Source: Bacteroidota bacterium (GTDB lineage: Bacteria > Bacteroidota > Bacteroidia > Bacteroidales > VadinHA17). Taken from it: 56,630 nucleotides of DNA. This document shows, piece after piece, positions 53,944-56,630 of the stretch (the first letter of the stretch is position 1; the number at the start of each line of letters is the position of its first letter). The stretch spans positions 1 to 56,630 of the forward strand of contig DQWH01000073.1 in NCBI GenBank assembly GCA_011042635.1. The letters run 5' to 3'. The notes below the pieces were generated by a model. The model was not told the origin of the DNA. It did no database searches and saw nothing but the letters and a program-made list of their open reading frames with translations. A program made the translations under genes and the position numbers.

Positions 53944-56630
53944 TTAATTCAGCGGAAGGCTTATTTCACTTCCGTTATATTGAACCGTGTAATGTGGCGC
54001 ACCAACGGGGTAAGCCGGTACGGGTTCGCCGGTATCCACATACACAATATGGAAGGTGCGTTGGTTCAGCATTCCCTGGAACGACCCCGTTCTTTCACCG
54101 ATGATCAGCGTTTTACCGGCTTCGTTGTACCTGATGGGGATCAGCGTATATGCTCCATTCTCGTAGTTGTAATTGGTATTTTCATCTTCATACAAAACAA
54201 ATTCTCCGTCAGCCCCGGCATACACATACAGGGTGACCGGGTTGGGGGCTTTCTCGTCGGCATACTGCAGGGGAGGGCCGAAAGGGATGATGGCTCCTTC
54301 CCTTACAAATATGGGCATTTCGTCGAGGGGAGCGGGTACTTCCAGCTTTTTCCCCCCTGAGGCAAATTCCCCTGTGAACAGATTATACCAGCCGGTCCCG
54401 GCAGGCAGATAAACGCTCCGGTTGCGGGCCCGGTATTCGCAAACGGGGCTGATCATGAGCCAGGGCCCGAACATGTACTGGTCGCCGATATCGAACACGT
54501 TCGTATCTCCCGGGAAATCCATAACCAGTCCGCGCATCAGGGTATAATCGTTGAGCCATACGTGCCCGGCCAGGGAATAGATATATGGCATGAGGCGATA
54601 TCTCAGGTGAACGAATTTCAGCATACTCTGATAGGCGGGATGAGATTCCGGAGCCACATGGAATATTTCCCGGTAGGGGTATTGCCCGTGTGCCCGGAAA
54701 ATCGGGCAGAAAGCACCGAACTGGTACCAGCGGGTCATTAGTTCCCGCCATTCCTCCTGATCTGCCGGGGAGGGGTTGTAATACCTGCTTTCCACGGCAA
54801 ACCCTCCGATATCCATAGTCCAGTAGGGGATTCCCGACATACAGAAATTCACTCCGCAGGGGATCTGGGCTTCCATGTCGTGCCAGCGGGCGGCGATATC
54901 ACCGCTCCAGTTGGCGGCCGAATATCTTTGCAAACCGGCATATGCCGAACGGGTAAGAATGAATACCCGCTGGTTGGCTCTGACCCTCCGCTGGCCGTTG
55001 TAAATTCCCCCGGCCTGTACCAGGGAATAGGCATTAAAATACTGGTCGGCCGGGCCCAGAGCGGTAGGGTGCATCAGGGCTTTCCGTTCCTCCATGGGAA
55101 GGTTCGAGCAAATATCCGGCTCCGTGGCATCGAGCCACCAGGCATCGAAGCCTCTGCTGAACAAACTGTCGTTAAGCTGGTTCCAGTAGGCTTTGCGTGC
55201 CTCGGCATTAAAGGCATCGTAGAAGGTGGAAACGTAACCCAGCCAGTCTTTCTGGTCTTTTTCCGCGTTCCGGGTGTACAGCCATCCCCGGCTGTTCATG
55301 GCTTCGTAATTTTCGGTCCTCACGTAATATTTTGGCCACACCGAGATCATGATGTGTGCATGGAGCGAATCGTGAAGGGTTTGTACCATGCCGTCAGGAT
55401 CGGGGAAGCGTGACCGGTCAAATCCGTGGTCGCCCCATTTGTCGATGGGCCAGTATTGCCAGTCAAGCACCATATTGTCGATGGGAATATTTCTTTTCCT
55501 GAATTCCCTGGCAGTGGATAGCAGTTGTTCCTGGGTCATGTACCTTTCGCGGCTCTGCCAGAAGCCCATGGCCCACCGGGGCATAACCGGCGCTTTCCCG
55601 GTTACTGTGCGGTATCCGCCGATCACTTCGTCCATGTTCTCCCCGGCTATGAAATAGTAATCAATCTGTTCTCCCACTTCGGAAAACAGGGAGATGCGGT
55701 TATGCAAATCTTCTTCCGGAGGATCCAGGTGCCGCAGGGCGATAAACGATTCTCCCCCGTCGGGGATCCATTCGATTTTCAAATAGATTTTTTCGCCCTT
55801 ATTCATGGGCAGGTTAAAATGGTTCGATGAGGGATTCCAGCACTGCCTCCACCGGTCGAAAACCAGGCTATCGCCGATCCATAATCTGGCATAACCGGCG
55901 GAAGTGAATACGAAAGAATGCGTACCGGTGGTGTCCGATTCCAGATAACCTTCCCATGTTACAAAACCGTTGTTCAGATCATAGCCGGCGGGGAATTTCG
56001 CCAGATCGGGGATGAACTGGTAATTAATTTCTTTTTCTTCGCGGGTAGTAACCCTGTCTCTTTTGTTTCTGTCGGCATAGGTGGCGGTAAGGCCGCCTTC
56101 TTCTCCCCGGCTGTTGTAGAGTTTCAGGGAGGAAAGCTCCATATAATCGCGCACGTTACCGAATTTGCTTCTGGAATAGTTGTCCCACAGGATGCCATAG
56201 TTTTTCGTCGAAAGGAGGAAAGGTACCACTGCCTGGGTGTTGTACTGGTACAGGTCGAAATTTTTTCCTCTCATATTCATGAAGGAAGTTTGATTGCCGC
56301 CCAGTCCGTACAGGGCTTCTCCGGGGGATAAGCCGAACAGCTGTCTGATGGCAAAAAACGGTTCTCCGTGGATGGTTACCGGTTGAAAAGTTTTTCCTCC
56401 TCCCGGTATTTCCGACAGGATGGGGCTGCCGTCGGAACGGTGAAAAGACACTTCTCCGGTTTTCAGGGATACTTTTACCAGGAGCGCGGATGTTTGGAGG
56501 TTTACTTCACCGTTATCGCGTTTAACTGAAAATTCAGCATTTTCAGGCGGTTCGGCGATGGCCATGAGACTTTTTGTTTCCGGGAATTCCTTCCCGGGAA
56601 AGGAGGTGACCCGGATAATCCGGTCGGATA
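53944..56630 (-). CDS. GH31 alpha-glucosidase/alpha-xylosidase with PA14-like insert; 5' end beyond the window
   Basis: The frame stays open upstream of the listed Met to position 56630 (..SDRIIRVTSFPGKEFPETKSLMAIAEPP..). GH31 core motifs are GFDAWWLDATEPD and SGIPYWTMDIGGF. The PA14-like stretch is TWEGYLESDTTGTHSFVFTSAGYARLWIGDSLVFDRW. Confidence 0.85.
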   Translation of the reverse strand, partial: SDRIIRVTSFPGKEFPETKSLMAIAEPPENAEFSVKRDNGEVNLQTSALLVKVSLKTGEVSFHRSDGSPILSEIPGGGKTFQPVTIHGEPFFAIRQLFGLSPGEALYGLGGNQTSFMNMRGKNFDLYQYNTQAVVPFLLSTKNYGILWDNYSRSKFGNVRDYMELSSLKLYNSRGEEGGLTATYADRNKRDRVTTREEKEINYQFIPDLAKFPAGYDLNNGFVTWEGYLESDTTGTHSFVFTSAGYARLWIGDSLVFDRWRQCWNPSSNHFNLPMNKGEKIYLKIEWIPDGGESFIALRHLDPPEEDLHNRISLFSEVGEQIDYYFIAGENMDEVIGGYRTVTGKAPVMPRWAMGFWQSRERYMTQEQLLSTAREFRKRNIPIDNMVLDWQYWPIDKWGDHGFDRSRFPDPDGMVQTLHDSLHAHIMISVWPKYYVRTENYEAMNSRGWLYTRNAEKDQKDWLGYVSTFYDAFNAEARKAYWNQLNDSLFSRGFDAWWLDATEPDICSNLPMEERKALMHPTALGPADQYFNAYSLVQAGGIYNGQRRVRANQRVFILTRSAYAGLQRYSAANWSGDIAARWHDMEAQIPCGVNFCMSGIPYWTMDIGGFAVESRYYNPSPADQEEWRELMTRWYQFGAFCPIFRAHGQYPYREIFHVAPESHPAYQSMLKFVHLRYRLMPYIYSLAGHVWLNDYTLMRGLVMDFPGDTNVFDIGDQYMFGPWLMISPVCEYRARNRSVYLPAGTGWYNLFTGEFASGGKKLEVPAPLDEMPIFVREGAIIPFGPPLQYADEKAPNPVTLYVYAGADGEFVLYEDENTNYNYENGAYTLIPIRYNEAGKTLIIGERTGSFQGMLNQRTFHIVYVDTGEPVPAYPVGAPHYTVQYNGSEISLPLN

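Noticed and set aside
1-56630. CRISPR arrays, rRNA genes, riboswitches or recognisable defence systems (RM, TA, Cas, retron, CBASS-like).
   Set aside because: I found no regularly spaced direct repeats and no rRNA-like segments. No translation carries the hallmark motifs of these systems. The only accessory content I can support is the PUL and the IS/integrase debris.

Overview
This is a Bacteroidota-type chromosome segment. Supporting signs are a SusC/SusD pair, a GldH-like lipoprotein, TAnnTTTG -7 promoter boxes and many 4-nt ATGA gene overlaps. All family calls come from my own reading of the translations and recalled motifs; no database search was possible.

Layout:
- 1-24.6 kb: ordinary housekeeping genes. 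These are an ATL/MGMT-like gene, trmB, gldH-like, PSP1/RicT, holB, pgk, pepC-like, LD-carboxypeptidase, metG, gltX, tatD-like, galM, a class A PBP, a GH27 alpha-galactosidase, deoC, a CBM9/DUF5916 protein and an MBL-fold hydrolase.
- 24.66-45.65 kb: a compositionally distinct island. My hand counts of single 60-nt lines gave about 38-47% G+C inside against about 55-62% in both flanks.
  - Left edge: mobile-element debris, namely a transposase HTH stub, the 3' end of an IS3-family transposase, a multiply frameshifted tyrosine integrase and an internal gpmA fragment.
  - Core: a complete polysaccharide utilization locus. It has an ECF sigma, a FecR anti-sigma, an STN-SusC, SusD and a lipoprotein, then a strong terminator and its own promoter. 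Four tightly packed unusual glycan-enzyme genes follow: DUF2961/GH172-like, GH63/MGH1-like, an FGE-domain fusion lacking the catalytic Cys pair, and a 1128-aa GDE_C-like lipoprotein.
  - Right edge: a pentanucleotide repeat and the 5' part of a dead IS3 element that abuts tRNA-Cys(GCA).
- 45.9-56.6 kb: a mannan/hexoside catabolic region. It holds a cellobiose-2-epimerase-like gene, a GH130 mannosylglucose phosphorylase-like gene, GH26, a truncated GH5, an AraC regulator, a heavily decayed GH2 pseudogene and a GH31 gene that runs off the window.

No rRNA genes or CRISPR arrays were seen.

The points most worth follow-up are the horizontally acquired PUL with an enzyme set of unknown substrate, and the rearrangement footprint around it. 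That footprint consists of complementary IS3 halves on opposite strands and a short inverted C/G-run motif bracketing the integrase plus PUL.
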